Below are positions 40,163 to 54,390 of a stretch of DNA of 64,000 bases, piece after piece. The DNA is from Eledone cirrhosa. Taxonomy: Eukaryota. The stretch spans positions 199,268,001 to 199,332,000 of the forward strand of contig OZ024743.1 in assembly GCA_964016885.1 (NCBI GenBank), written 5' to 3'. Each line of letters begins with the position of its first letter. Position 1 is the stretch's first letter. Position numbers and translations under genes: made by a program. The notes under the pieces were generated by a model. It was not told the origin of the DNA, made no database searches, and was given only the letters and a program-made list of their open reading frames with translations.

Positions 40163-41770
40163 GTATACAGTATGTATATATATATATGTATGTATCTGTG
40201 TGTCTGTTTATGCATATATACATGCTACCATGTATATGTGTATATGTCTTTGTGTCTGTATATGCATGTATGCAAGTTTGTATGTGCTTATGCATGCATT
40301 TCTATATGAATATGTGTCCGTATATATAAATATATGTATGTATGTATATATGTATGTATGTATGTATGATAGTATGTGTGAGTGTGTATGTATGTATTAA
40401 AGCATGTGTGAATGTGTGTATGTATATATGTATGTATGAGTGTATGTGAGTGTGCATGTATGTATGTATTAAAGTATGTGAGTGTGCGTATGTATAACCG
40501 TTCATTTTCTCTTCTTTCTTTTCTTTTATTTCATTTCATTTCTCTTTATTTTATTATTTCATTATATTTCTGTTGTCGTTGCTATTGTTGTTATCATTGT
40601 TATTGTTGTTTTTATTGCTATTGTTGTTATTGTTATTGCTGCTGTCGTTGTAGTCTTATTGTTTGGCTTATTAATGCTTCTCCCCAATTCCAATAGCAGC
40701 CATTATTGATCACTGGCAACAGCACTATTGCCATTCTAAGATGACTCATTTCGTTTCCATCAATCTGACCTGATGACAGCCACTGTGTTTTTATTCTGTC
40801 TTTGTCACTTGTTTTTTTTATTTATATATAGTTATATATTTATATATTTTTTTATTTTTGTCAAATACATGGGAATTTTTCACTTTGCTGCTTCCCTCAT
40901 CTTTTTTTACTTTCCCCCTTTTTTTTTCCTCTTTTATTTTTTTTTTACACTGGTTCATTTTTCCTTTACTAGGGATAATTTTTTTCTCCCATTATTTTTG
41001 TTTTCTAAAAATGTAAAAAAAGACAACGATCTAAAATAATAATAATAATAATAATAATAAAATAATAATAATAATAAAAATAATAATAATGTATATCAAA
41101 GAAAAAAAAAAGGCATTTCTAGATAATTTTTATTTTATTTTCCTTGCTCTCAACATCTCTTTGTTAACTGTCTCTTTCACCCTCAAACCCAATTTTCTTC
41201 TCACCTCACTTTCTCTCTCTCCTCTCTCTTTCACTTTCATATATATATATATACATCGATATGATATTCTGAAAAACCATTCTAGTTTGGTAACATGATT
41301 GTCCCTGATTTTCCAAATACCCTAGTGCTTTCTGTAAAAAGCAATTGAATATCTTTGTTCTTTTCATTAAGCCGTCTTCTGTTTGCATACACTTAACTCT
41401 GTCACAATTCTATATTCTGTAGCCTGGTGTAGTGCTGAGCCATAGAAATTTTACAGCTATTCAGCACAATAACTAGAGTACGGTGCGATATTGTGTTTGT
41501 CATTTGACTTCTGAGAATCAGATGACAATGAACTGAGTTAGGCAACTGATAGTAGCACAATACAGCTTTTTCTATTATTTCACCATTGTTCACTCTTCAT
41601 GCAATTCTATTCTTTGGCAGCATATTTGGAAGATTTCAACGCTATTGGAGACACAAAACAAAGAGGAGAAAATCCCATCTTTACTTCGATTTACTTTTGG
41701 TTCAAATGTACACTCATACTAACATACCTTGAATATATATATATATATATATATATGTATAACACACACA

Positions 41771-41808
<38 letters not shown>

Positions 41809-41965
41809 AATATATATTTGTGTGTGTGTGTGTTTGCTCGTGCGTGTTGGCATAAATGAATTTCGGGAAAAGCAAGAATATACATTGTCCACTATAATTC
41901 AAATACATCCATATAGACATGCATCTTTTCCAATATTGGCAGCAACTCCCAATTACCCAAATATA

Positions 41966-42064
<99 letters not shown>

Positions 42065-42215
42065 AGATGTAGAATTATTTGTCATTGGAATGTAAGAGTA
42101 GTATATGTGGTTGTATCACCATTAACATTCATATTGGTTAGCACAAATGAGAAACAAAAACTCCAACCTAACTATTGGGAAAAGTTAGTTGAATACCATA
42201 GGAAATTGAAGGAAG

Positions 42216-42806
42216 CAGGCAGAACAAGAACCAAGCTAAAGAAGAAAATATCCAGTAAAAAAGAAAGACCACAGCTTGGAGATATATACCTTGGTCTGCA
42301 GTTTCTGGATTGAGGCATATCTTGACAGCTTCAGTCTCAATTATATTACAAAGCATTCATCTCAAACATTGGAAAACAAAACTGAGTAAACCCGACGCTT
42401 TATTTGGCATCTCTTCAGATATGTAAATATATAGGTGCAAAGACAGATTTAAATTGTTAATAGAGATCTCGGTTATCTATTTACACTTATTAATGGGTCT
42501 TTAGGGAACCATGAAAATAACGGTATGTTTACATTTAAAGGTTGAAGAATAAACAATAATAATTATTATATACCTTCTACGGAGGTATATAAATCTTATT
42601 TAATTCTTCCATCAGAAAACGAATGTTACCCCAGGCAGAACAAGAACCAAGCTAAAGAAGAAAATATCCAGTAAAAAAGAAAGACCATAGCTTGGAGATA
42701 TATACCTTGGTCTGCAGCTTCTGGATCGAGGCATATCTCGACAGCTTCAGTCTCAATTATATTACAAAGCATTCATCTCAAACATTGGAAAACAAAACTG
42801 AGTAAA
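42216..42806. repeat. 175-bp direct repeats (42216-42390 and 42632-42806) around a 241-bp spacer
   Basis: CAGGCAGAACAAGAACCAAGC...AAAACTGAGTAAA is present twice with few substitutions. Confidence 0.9.
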
Positions 42807-43551
42807 ATGGAAATATCAACAACATCGATGAATGAAACTTGAAGACAAGCTTGATGAAGGAGTGAGACAGAGTTAGGGTGAGAGGGAGTGAGAAAGTGAT
42901 AGAGAGTGTGAGAGAGAGAGGAATTGTAATAGTTGTTTCTAATTTTGGGACAAGTCCAGCAATTTGGAATGAGGGGAAAACGATTAAATCAACCCCAGTA
43001 CTTAACTGGTACTTTATTTTATAGACTCTGGAAAGACGGAAGGTAACGTTGATCTTGTTAGGATTTTAACTCAAAGAATAGAAAGTCATAACTAAACACT
43101 AAAAGGCATTTTGTCTGATACCCTGCCAATAATAATAATAATGTCTTTTTGACCCAAACACTTTTTTTTCAAACATATGGATATATTGCAAGTAATATGT
43201 TTCACCCATGAGGTTTGAGATCTTGAATGGCCTCTATATACTGATTTGCTCAGCTAGAAATAGCTGCAAACTTTCCCTCAAATCACACCATAGCGTTTTA
43301 ATTATGGTAATAATACATAAGATAAAATAGTCCTAAATACACCTAAAAAGAAGGCTTAGTCAGGAATGGAATGTCTTTGATTATTATAGATTTGTTGAAT
43401 GACGGTGGTTGACCTGGAAATAAATTTTGATGGATCCGATGAGAGCGCTTCTACGTGGTCAACCACCCTGCTAGAAATATCAACCACATGTTCTTCAAAC
43501 CACTCACAACTGTTCTTTAAAAATGGACACTTTGTATAACATAGTCTAGTG

Positions 43552-43735
43552 CAGGGTTTCCCAAACTTGTTCAAATGCAGAACCCTTTTAGGTTCAGAAA
43601 CTTTTGGAGGAACCCAAAGTCTAATACTGTTATATGATCATAATATAAATACACTCCTCTACCTTTATTCATGGAACCCCAGACACTCGTTTGTGGGACC
43701 CTTGGGTTCCATGGAACCCACTTTGGGAACCACTG
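43552..43735. mobile_element. hAT (Charlie/MER5-like) MITE
   Basis: TIRs CAGGGTTTCCCAAA / TTTGGGAACCACTG, with the 8-bp TSD GTCTAGTG at 43544-43551 and 43736-43743. Confidence 0.9.
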
Positions 43736-43814
43736 GTCTAGTGTATATTCCTGAAATGAAAAACTAAATGTCTATTAATGTCTATTAATGTCTATTAACT
43801 AATGTCTATTAATG

Positions 43815-44240
43815 TCTATCTTCCATACTAGCATGGGTTAGACGGGTTCCATTTAGAGGTGAGTTGGGTTGAGTGACCATGTCTCACTCATATAGGACTG
43901 TTTCTGGCTGGTTTTCTATGGCTGGATGCCCTTCCTAACGGCAACCACAAAAACAGTGTGGGCTGGGTTCTTTTTGCCATGTCTTTTACACATCCACTCT
44001 ACAGTGTGGGCTGGGTGCTTTTTGCCTTGTCTTTTGCATGTCCACTTTACAGTGTGGGCTGGGTGCTTTTTGCCTTGTCTTTTGCATGTCCACTTTACAG
44101 TGTGGGCTGGGTGCTTTTTGCCTTGTCTTTTACACATCCACTCTACAGTGTGGGCTGGGTGCTTTTTGCCTTGTCTTTTGCATGTCCACTTTACTGTGTG
44201 GGCTGGGTGCTTTTTGCCTTGACTTTTACAGGTCCACTTT
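43815..44240 (-). mobile_element. RTE/SINE 3' region with 48-bp unit expanded to about 6 copies
   Basis: Tail motifs followed by repeated CAGTGTGGGCTGGGTGCTTTTTGCCTTGTCTTTTGCATGTCCACTTTA. Confidence 0.85.
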
Positions 44241-44903
44241 ATGATGATGATAATATCGGATGATCATACTGTGAATACCCCTTCATCATAGTTCTAATCA
44301 ATCAGCAGCATACTATTTTCATTTTATTTTATCTATCTTTATTTATTTGTATATTTATTTATTTCATGTTCAGAAAAAGGGCAATGGTGTATGTTACAAA
44401 TTAGATAAGATACCAACAACAAAAAAAAATTTTTTTTTTGTTTGTAATATTTTGTCTCAGTTTTCTTTTCTTTTGCCAGGTGACAGCTATTATAACATCC
44501 GGTTTTTTTTTTAGTAGTGTGAATATTAGCACCATAGTCAATGTAATACTTTGTATCACAAGATTCTATAGGGCAAGCGAAAAGTGTCAAATTTACCGGA
44601 AAATCTTTTAACCAATGACCCATAAAAAGAGGCGTAAAAAGTGAAAAACCGAACCGACAAGCTTTACCTCCAAACTAGAAATATATAAAAAATAATAAAT
44701 TATATAAACGAAAATTTATTTTTCTTTACTTTTTTATTATATATATATATATATGATTATGCATGTGAGTGTTGTGACCTTTTATTGATCTTCAGACACA
44801 CGCACATTTTATTACTTTCTATTTATGTACGTCTTGTTAGCTATCTCTTTCTAGTCCTTCTCACTCCCTCAATATATATATATATATATATATAATAGTA
44901 ATA

Positions 44904-44943
<40 letters not shown>

Positions 44944-44955
44944 ATGTATATATAT

Positions 44956-44957
<2 letters not shown>

Positions 44958-45004
<47 letters not shown>

Positions 45005-45141
45005 CCGTTTTACGTCCGTTCTTCCACGCTAGCATGGGTTAGACGGGTTGTCCTGTTGTGGGCAGTGTCTGGTCGGCTGACCATGCCTTGCTCATACAGG
45101 AACTGATTTGGCTTGATTTCTACAGCTGGATGCCCTTCCTA
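44958..45141 (-). mobile_element. severely 5'-truncated copy of the RTE LINE 3' end
   Basis: Near-identical to 24750-24910 and has a long (GAT)n tail. Confidence 0.85.
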
Positions 45142-45144
45142 TAT

Positions 45145-45178
<34 letters not shown>

Positions 45179-45210
45179 ATATACATATATTTATGTTCTC
45201 ACACATATGC

Positions 45211-45322
<112 letters not shown>

Positions 45323-45762
45323 CACATATATTTATATTCTTACACACATGCATATGTATTTTATCACCTTCCATATATATATATATATACATTATATATA
45401 TATATGTGCATAATGTGTATGGCTTCATTTCTTTGTATTTCTTCTTGGAAAGTAAACAGGCTTGAGTTAATATCTACAGACAGGCAGTGTTCTGTCAAAA
45501 CTGTAACACAAAAGATACAATCCTGGCAGATATAATATAATCAAAAAGTTCATTGCTAATGGGTGAAAATGTATCTTCACGACAATATGACTGTGTAGTT
45601 AATAAGTTTAATGAGTTTGTTTCCCAGTCACTTGGTTTGGGGTTCCAACCCACTGCTCTTCACACACTGTACGTGTGTTCTCTACTAATCATAGAGACTT
45701 AGTAAGATCATATTTTGTGAGGAATACAGAGAGTAGCATGTAGAGAAGTGTTGGCATGTTAG

Positions 45763-46930
45763 AGGTAAAGGGTAAAGACTCCCTTCTGTCACAAATGACC
45801 ATGGGGCTTACACCTAGATAGTTCTCTTCAGAGGTGCAAGTCCAGGCAAGGTTGTTTGTGGAAGACCAGGAGTCGCCCATACATACCATTCTCCCCCAAC
45901 CATGCCACTAATGTTGTCCAAGGGAAAGGCAATGGCTGATACAGTTTGGCACCAGTGACATCACAACTCATTTCTACAGCTGAGTAAACTGGAGCAATGT
46001 GAAATAAAGTATCTTGTTCAAAATCACAACACATTACTCAGTTTGAGAATAATAAAAATGAAAATATTGTGTACAGTGTTCAGGTGCACTACAACTCATC
46101 AAAAAGTGTATGTATAGTACATAGGGTAATGTACAAACGTCAGGAAAATGAACAGTGCATGAGTCATGTGTGCATATACACATGTGTGCATGTGTATGGA
46201 AGGGTGACATCAGGTGTAGTTTTGGCTAATTTCGGGAAGCTTGAGGGTTTTAAAGGAAGCAGTGTCTCGGCAGCCAACAACTGACGCAGGCAGTTTGTTC
46301 CATGCTTCAGCAACTCTGAGTGTGAAAAAATGTTTCCGAAAGTCATGGGAGCTGTGTTGTATTCTGATTTTGTAGGCATGTCCACGTGTGTTAGACACAT
46401 GGAGATCAAAAAGGTGCTCAGGGTTGTTGTTGATGAGATGGTTAATAACATTGTGGGTGTTTACCAAGTCCATTGCCAGACGTCGGAGCTTCAATGAATC
46501 CATGCCCAGGGAAGCAAGGCGTTCAGAGTATGGTAGGTGTCTGATGGAGGGTATGCACTTGGTTGCATGTCTCTGAACAGTTTCCAGGAGGTCAATGTTC
46601 TGAGCAAGATAGGGGTTCCAGCCTGATGATGCGAATTCCAAGTGTGGTCGTACCATAGCTGTATACAGCTTTAAATAGATGGCTGGAGAGCGGCTAACAA
46701 AGGTCTTGCTGACTGATGCCAAGACACCCTCGGCCTTCTTGACAATCTTAGAGACATGCTTTGTCCAACGCAAATCACTGCTGACAGTAATGCCCAGGTC
46801 ACATTCACAAGAGGACTTCTTGATATCAGTGTTGTGGAGGGAGTATGTGGACGCTGGATTTTTCCTCCCAAAATGCACAACCTCATGATTGCAAACCCAA
46901 TGCTCTAACCTCTAAGCCATACACCTTCAC
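45763..46930 (-). mobile_element. CORE-SINE (type D, ACCTTT-like tail) split by a CR1-group insertion
   Basis: The head is at 46886-46930 and the CORE plus tail at 45763-46050, ending GGAGTCTTTACCCTTTACC on the minus strand. Confidence 0.75.
46051..46885 (-). mobile_element. 5'-truncated CR1-group LINE (C-terminal part of ORF2)
   Basis: The ORF has the motifs DLGITVSSDLRW..LYTAMVRPHLEFASSGWNP..LETVQRHATK..Y.ERL..L..SL..RR..TRGH..FFTLRVAEAWNKLP. Confidence 0.92.
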
Positions 46931-47184
46931 ATGTTAGATGTAAGTAATAAATACAATCGAATGAAATGAAGAAATTATGGTTGAGAGTATGATATACTGA
47001 GAGCATTTTTTAACCAGTGTTTCTCAATGTAGGATTCAGTGAACCTAAGTGTTCCATGATATGAAGTGTCTTTCAATAATATGTAATAAACATTTATGCT
47101 TTCTTTCAAAGAAAAACAACTCTCTCTCTCTAAAATAGTTTTTGTTTCATTTAATGTTTTATTATATTGATGGTGGTAGAGATC

Positions 47185-47560
47185 ATCATCTTCCTCATCA
47201 ATATTTAATGTCCATTTTCCACACTAGCATGGGTAAGAGAGGCTGTTCTTTGTGAGACAGCCAGGCTGGAGGACTATGTTTTGTTCACACAGAACTGATT
47301 TAGGCTTGGTTTCTATGGCTGGATACCCTTCCTAGCATCAACCACTTTATAGTGTGGGCTGGGCACATTTTGTTGTGTCACCAACATGATCATTTTACAG
47401 TGTGGGTTGGGTACATTTTGTCGTGTCACTAACACGACCACTTTACAGTGTGGGTTTGGTACATTTTGTCATGTCACCAACACAACCGCTTTACAGTGTG
47501 GGCTGGGTGCTTTTGTTGTGAATCCAGGATGACCACTTTATTGTGTGGATTGGGAAATTT
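47185..47560 (-). mobile_element. RTE/SINE 3' region with degenerate 48-bp repeats
   Basis: CCACACTAGCATGGG..TTCTATGGCTGGATACCCTTCC followed by repeated CACTTTACAGTGTGGG units. Confidence 0.75.
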
Positions 47561-48621
47561 TGTTGGGGAGTCCATGGGGAATTGGAGAGGTAGATAATAC
47601 AGCAAATTTTCACAATGATATGTCCTCTATAAACATTTGAATTAACAAACCCAAATTTACATATTTTTTGTTAAATGATTACAGGGTCAATACAGCAAAT
47701 TTTCACAATGATCTGTCCACTATTAAAAATTATATGTCCTCTATAAACATGTTAATAACCAAACCAAAATTTACATATTTTCTGTTAAATCATTTCAGGA
47801 TGTTAAGAATGAAAAGGAGTAGTTAACTGAATGTTGCCATAATTCATGTAATGAGTAAAACAAATTAAATTAATCTAAATATGTTGCCCCTACAGCTCTA
47901 TTGATGTTAATCTTAAAGATGTATAAGTGTTTAGTGAGAGAATTTGATTCATGTGACCGCACTGTATAATAATGGACTGAGTGTCTCACTAAATATTCTG
48001 CTTTAATCACTGATATTTAACAGATTCTAATTTTAAGTCCTCATATACAAAGCTTATTAGCAGAATTCTTGTAATGTTTGTACACAATTTAAAATCCATA
48101 AATGTGCTGAACTATAAATGTATATGCATTATAAGACTATTTGATTCACTGCTTCATAGAGATTACATCATTCTAAACCTGCTGTCAACTTTGTTACTTC
48201 ATGTACAAATGATATCAAATCAGATGCTGTTATAAAAGCAATAAATAGTTCAAGTGGTTTCCTTGACATGTGATATTAGGAAACAAGCTTTACTGTCCAT
48301 TGAAATAATAGAAAATTACTGTTGCATTATCTCTCCTTCTCTATCTCTCACTCACTCTCTATCTATGTATTTATCTATCTATCTATCTAGCTATATATCT
48401 CTCTCTACCTATCAATCTATCTAACTATATATCTAGCTAGCTACTACCTACTATCTCTTTCTCTCTCTCTCTCTCCCTCACACACACACACACAAGCATT
48501 TATCTTTTTCTCAGTCTGTTTAATTCCTCTATCCACCTTTATTTTGTTATTTATCCACATTCTGTTGTGATTCAGCTACCATCCCTTCTATATACATTAC
48601 ATACACACACACACACACACA

Positions 48622-48724
<103 letters not shown>

Positions 48725-48933
48725 TGTGTGTGTGTCTGTGTGTGTGTCTGTGTGTGTGTCTGTGTGTGTGTATGTGTGTGTAGGTCAACCAAGAAAGACC
48801 TGAGCAGAGGTTATAAGAGCTGACATCAAATCATTAAGACCGGCCGAGGAAATGACGAAGGACTGCAACAAGTGGAGAGATGCCATACTAAAAGGACCTG
48901 TCCAAGCCATGCAAGTGTGGAAAAGCGATGATG

Positions 48934-48971
<38 letters not shown>

Positions 48972-49381
48972 GTCTGCCTATCTGTCTATCTATCTATCCA
49001 AACTCATTGTACCTAAGAGTGAACTATATGCTATGTCTTTCTCATATTTTAAAGAGTGGTGTTTGAAGGAGATTTGGCTGCTATTCAATGCAAGTCAAGC
49101 AACTGTATAAAGGTTTACTTCATTGGCTCAATGAAGTAAGTGTTGATGGAATCTATGAAGCGTTTGTTAGTTGTTGTCATTTATTTCAATGATGTAAGGT
49201 AATTATCCATAGTGGATTTTGAAGTCAGTCCCTATGCTCTCTAGCATAACATTGCAAAGATATTACCACATACCATTTAAAATATTGATTCTTGCTCAGA
49301 TATCACTATAGTTTATCACCATTTTGTTGATAAACATCTTATTTCCTTTGCAAAACTAAAGAGAATAATTTATCATTTAAC

Positions 49382-49608
49382 AGGGTGGTGGATTGAAAGT
49401 AATGGTAGAGTGTCAGACACCATGCTTTGCAGCATAGAGTTACAACCCTTTACATTCTAAGTTTAAATCCTGCCGAGGTTAGCTTTGCTTTTCATCCTTA
49501 CAGGATTGATAAAATAAAGCACCAGTAATGCACTGGGGTCGATTTGATCACCCCCCCCCCCCCAAAAAAAAAAAAGTTGCTGGCCTTGTGCCTATAATAG
49601 GAACTAAT
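49382..49608 (+). mobile_element. SINE family 2
   Basis: Homologous to 8313-8502. Confidence 0.8.
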
Positions 49609-50534
49609 ATCACTTAACACTTTTGATACCAGCCTGGCTATAACTGGCTCTGATTTTATATAACAAATACACTTATTTTAAAAGATTCCTATTTAAATTT
49701 AAATCTTCCAACATAGTATTATTTAAGACCCATTTATTAATTTACTATCTTAGTAATGAAATCCCTCAAAATTCTTCATTAATTAATTGAAATACAATAT
49801 ATTTCATTAGATATATAGATATTAAAGGATTAAGGATGATGGAAAGAATCATACTGTCCCTTGCAAATTTTATTTTACAATAAACATAATTTTCATATCA
49901 AGACTATCAACTTAACAGATGTTCATTTGAACCAAGAATGTACAGAGCCAGAATAAATGCTACAAAGAATTTTGATTGACATTGTGACATCTCTGACAAT
50001 CTGTCTTCTTTTATTTTGTTTATATTCATTTTTTGTTTATATATATATTCTTTATTGCATAATTTTTCTTTGTGTCTTTATTACAACTGAAATTAGAAAA
50101 ATAGAAAACTTACACTTTGAAATCATCACATTGAATCTAAGATGCAAATGATATCTTTTGGCCAAGCATAAGAGCACTTATTGAAGAGGGAGTATATAGT
50201 TGATCAAATGTCTTTCTGCTACATAAGATATCAATATTAAATGGATAAAAGTTAAAACTAATACTAGTGGTATTCAAATTCACAATTTATGGAGACTAAA
50301 TGAAATATAACATGTTCAAACAAATACTAGGTCTTACCCCTCAATATCATTAGACATTTTTTTCTTTCTCCCAGAATATAACATATTCCACTGTTTAAAC
50401 TATTTGTAGGCACTATTAGCTGATGTAGAAAATATCACTTGTTTCCTCCGAATCTACCATTTTACTACATACAGGAGAGTTTATACAAGAATTTCATAAC
50501 TTCAGTTGGCAGGAGGGGTGGAGAATCTATATGT

Positions 50535-50660
50535 ATTCTTCTTCTTCTTCATTCACTTATTCCAGAGAGGGTCGTGGGGGCAGATTCCTTAAACACTACC
50601 TCCAGCGGCTCCTGTCAGAAGCAGCCATCTCCAACTGATCCGGGTGAATCCCAAGCATTC
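50535..50660 (-). mobile_element. Rex3/Expander-like RTE 3' terminal fragment
   Basis: Translates to LGIHPDQLEMAASDRSRWR*CLRNLPPRP, followed by a (GAA)n tail. Confidence 0.65.
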
Positions 50661-50679
50661 AGTAATCTATCTATAATAT

Positions 50680-50842
50680 AATTGTTTTGACTTTCGGTAC
50701 AAGGCCAGTAAATACCCAGTGCATTACTGGTATTTTATTTTATCGACCTTGTAAGGATGAAAGGCAAAGTTAACCTCAGCGGGAAGGGACGTAACTATGC
50801 TGGAAAGCAAGGCGTCCGACGCTCTACCGATTCTGCCAATTA
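50680..50842 (-). mobile_element. SINE family 2
   Basis: Homologous to 8313-8502, with an internal deletion. Confidence 0.75.
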
Positions 50843-51487
50843 ATATAATAAGGAGAGGACGAGTGTGGAGCATCTCTGTTTTATATTTATTTATCCTGTT
50901 AGTAAAATAAGTTGGATTATTTTGAATAAATAATAAATGAATATTATGTAATTCATCAACTAAATTTCATAGCTCTTGATTAAACATAAATATTCTTATA
51001 TATAAAATATTGCTTATTTTAAAGAATTGCACATTTGCAAATTTTAAAGAAGATTCACTTCTTTAAAATGTTCAAATATCAACACTTCTGGTTAGCATCT
51101 GTTATATTATAACACTTATCACATCTCTTATATAAATGTTCATATATTTGCATCGTTATATAAGGTTTATATTTCCGTCGTTAATATTCTCTTTTTTTGT
51201 TTTCATAACATTTTAGTTTATCATATATGCAGTTTATAAACAATATCGTCTTTTTTTAATGTATCATGGATTACATTACTGATTACGGAAGAGAGTGTAA
51301 CACAGACTTCATTCAATTTCTGTGCATATTGTCAATTACGATTTCATTTGATGTATCATATCTACATGCATATATATTTGCATATAATATCAATATGCAC
51401 ACTACACATGCTAGCAGAAAACACCTGAAGGGTGGTTTTTCTGCTAGTATGTATAATTTTCAAATATCTAATAATTTGACAGAGATA

Positions 51488-51720
51488 AGGCACATGGCCT
51501 AATGGTTAGGAGGTTGGACTTACAATCATAATGTCATAAGTTCAATTCCTGGATTGGTTTTCCCATTGTGTTCTTGAGCAAAAACACTTGATTTCAGTAC
51601 ACAAGCTGAATATTAACCCTGTGATAGGCACTGATGTCATCTTGTCGCGGAGGGGTGAGTTTGTAGTCACAGTTGCTTAATGCCAAGGAAACCTGGATAA
51701 TTACCTACCAGGTGAGCTTC
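51488..51720 (+). mobile_element. degenerate CORE-SINE (type B)
   Basis: GGCACATGGCCTAATGGTTAG..AGTTCAATTCC..CTTGAGCAAAAACACTT..ACCCTGTGAT. Confidence 0.65.
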
Positions 51721-51991
51721 TATACTTGGAACTACCAATTTTGTTTCGAAGAATTTGGAAGGAATTAATAATGTAATTTTCTCTTTAAGAATTTGGTGTT
51801 TGGAACAGCTCAAAAAAGATTTTTATATAAAATTATGATGGAAGGTTTTTTTTTAATAGAAATGAGTATTTAAAACAAACAGTTTTGTATCACAGAACCA
51901 GGGGCAATTTCAAGAGGTTTAGTATCAAAAGGACTAACAGTGAGAATGGTAAATCTTTTAACCTTTTCATGACTGCATTTCTAATGAATAG

Positions 51992-52336
51992 ATCATCATC
52001 ATCATCATCATCATCATTTTACGTCCACTTTTCCCTGCTTGCAAGGGTGGGACGGCAACTGATTCTGGCTTGATTTCTACAGCTGGATGCCCTTCCTAAC
52101 ACCAACCTCATTTACAGTGAGTGCTGGGTGCTTTTTTTCCGTGGCACCTCCACGACCACTTTGCAGTGGAATGATAGGACTCCAGTCCTATCATCTTACT
52201 TCTACAGCTGAGTAAACTGGAGCAATGTGAAATAAAGTGTCTTGCTTAAGGAAACAACACATCACCCGGTCTGAGAATTGAACTCACAACCTTTCGATTG
52301 CAAGGCCAATGCTCTAACCACTAAGCCATGTGCCTC
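51992..52336 (-). mobile_element. full-length CORE-SINE, type A short-tail variant
   Basis: Head and CORE domain, then the RTE-shared region ending CCCACCCTTGCAAGCAGGGAAAAGTGGACGTAAAATGATG. Confidence 0.9.
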
Positions 52337-53340
52337 TATTTTAATTAATTAATGAAGAAGTTTGAGGGATTTACTAAAGTTATTAATTATTTCATTACTA
52401 AGATAGTAACTTAATTTAAGGCTCTTATATAAAATTATGTTGGAAGATCTTGATTTAAATTGGAAACATTTAAAATGGTTGGTTATTTCACCTAAAACCA
52501 GAGCCGATTTTGGCCAGATTGGTAACTAAAGGGCTAAGTAACTGTCTTAAGACCCTAATTTAATTATTAAGATAGTAACTTAATGTAAGGTTCTTATATA
52601 AAATTATGTTGGAAGACCTTAATTTAAATTGGAAACCTTTAAAATGGGTGGTTTTATTTCATAGAACCAGAGCTGGTTTTGGTCGGGTTGGTAACTAAAG
52701 GGTTAAAACCATTTCATCATTTAAGTACTAAAGGTGCTGTGCTTTATTGTTATAAACAGGGATAGTTTTATTTTGTTGTCAATGCTATTGCTATTGGGGC
52801 ATCAGTGAGAGTGAAAATAGATATGTGTTTGTGTGTGTGTATTTCTGAGTGTGTGTAAGGGGGTACATATGCTTGTATGTGTGTGTGGAGTTGTTTGTAA
52901 GGATGTGTATGTATTTGTGTGTGTTTGTGTGTATCTCTGTTTATGTATGTATTTATATATGTGTGTGTGTGATTTGAATGTGAATGTTTGTGTTGTGTGT
53001 TGGCTTGCATGTGTGTGTATATGTGTCAGTGTTTGTATGTGTAAGTATGTGTGAATGTGTTTGCATGTGTATCTGTGTGTATGTGTGTGGTTTTGTATTT
53101 CATGATATTGGACACTTTCTTTCCTGTTGTGTCCACAGAGTGGTTCCTTCACACAGTAGCAATTTAGTGGGGAGGGGGGGGGGATAAAGAGAGAGGGGGG
53201 AAGTAATGACAGAGGGAGGGAAACAGAAAGAGGAGAAAGAGAAAGAAGAAGGAGAGAGAGGGACAAAGAGAATGAGAGAGAGAGCGTCAAAGAGAAAGAG
53301 AGATGGTGGCAGAGAGAGAGAGAGAAAGGTTGGGGAAAAA

Positions 53341-54030
53341 ATCATCATCATCAATTAACGTCTATCTTCCACACTAGCATGGGTTAGACAGGTTTGTCCC
53401 ATTTAGAAGCAAGTTGGGTTGGGTGACCATGTTTCACTCATACAGGAGAGTTTCGGGCTGGTTTTCTATGGGTGGGTGCCCTTCCTAATGCCAACCACTT
53501 TTACAGTGCATGCTGGGTGCTTTTTGCTGTGTCTTTTAAACATCCTCTTTACAGTGTGGGCTGGGTGTTTTGGGGCAGGTTTTCTATGGCTGGATGCCCT
53601 TCGTAACGCCAACCAGATTTACAGTGTGGGCTGAGTGCTTTTTGACGTGTGTTTTACATCTCCACTTTACAGTGTGGGCTGGGTACTTTTAGTAGTGACA
53701 CCTACACGATCACTTTACAGTGTGGTTTGGATATTTTGTGGTACCAGTATAATATCATCATCATCACCGTTTTATGTCCGTTCTTCCACACTAGCATGGG
53801 TTAGACGGATTGTCCTGTTGTGAGCAGTAGCTGGTCGGCTGACCTTGCCTTGCTCATACGGGAACTGATTCTGGCTTGATTTCTACAGCTGGATGCCCTT
53901 CCTAACACCAACCTCATTTACAGTGAGTGCTGGGTGCTTTTTTTTCCGTGGCACCTACATGTCCACTTTACAGTGTGGGCTGGGAGCTTTTTTGCTGTGG
54001 CACCTCCACAATCACTTTGCAGTGGGAAGG
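53341..54030 (-). mobile_element. two adjacent RTE 3' UTR-derived fragments
   Basis: Each begins with (CAT)n plus CTTCCACACTAGCATGGGTTAGAC, at about 53341 and 53755. Confidence 0.8.
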
Positions 54031-54326
54031 TGTGGGGCATAACATATATATACATACACATATTATGATAATGATATACTCATATATTATCTACCTCGAT
54101 GGAATGAAAGACAAAGTCAGTCTCAATGTATTTGGAACCCAATGTCCAGATGGCCAAAACCAATGTCATGTCATTCTTTCTGACAACTCCACCAATTGCT
54201 TCCATTTATTGGACATTAAATTTAGTATCAGGGGTTTCTTTATTTCATTCATTAGCAGCAATAGCAACAACACCAGTAGTAGTAGTAGTAGTAGTGGTGG
54301 TGGTGGTGGTGGTGGTGGTGGTGGTG

Positions 54327-54390
<64 letters not shown>

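Noticed and set aside
43955-44240. Regularly spaced repeats resembling a CRISPR array (also 15405-15660)
   Set aside because: The units are contiguous with no unique spacers, they derive from a retroelement tail, the context is eukaryotic, and there are no cas genes.
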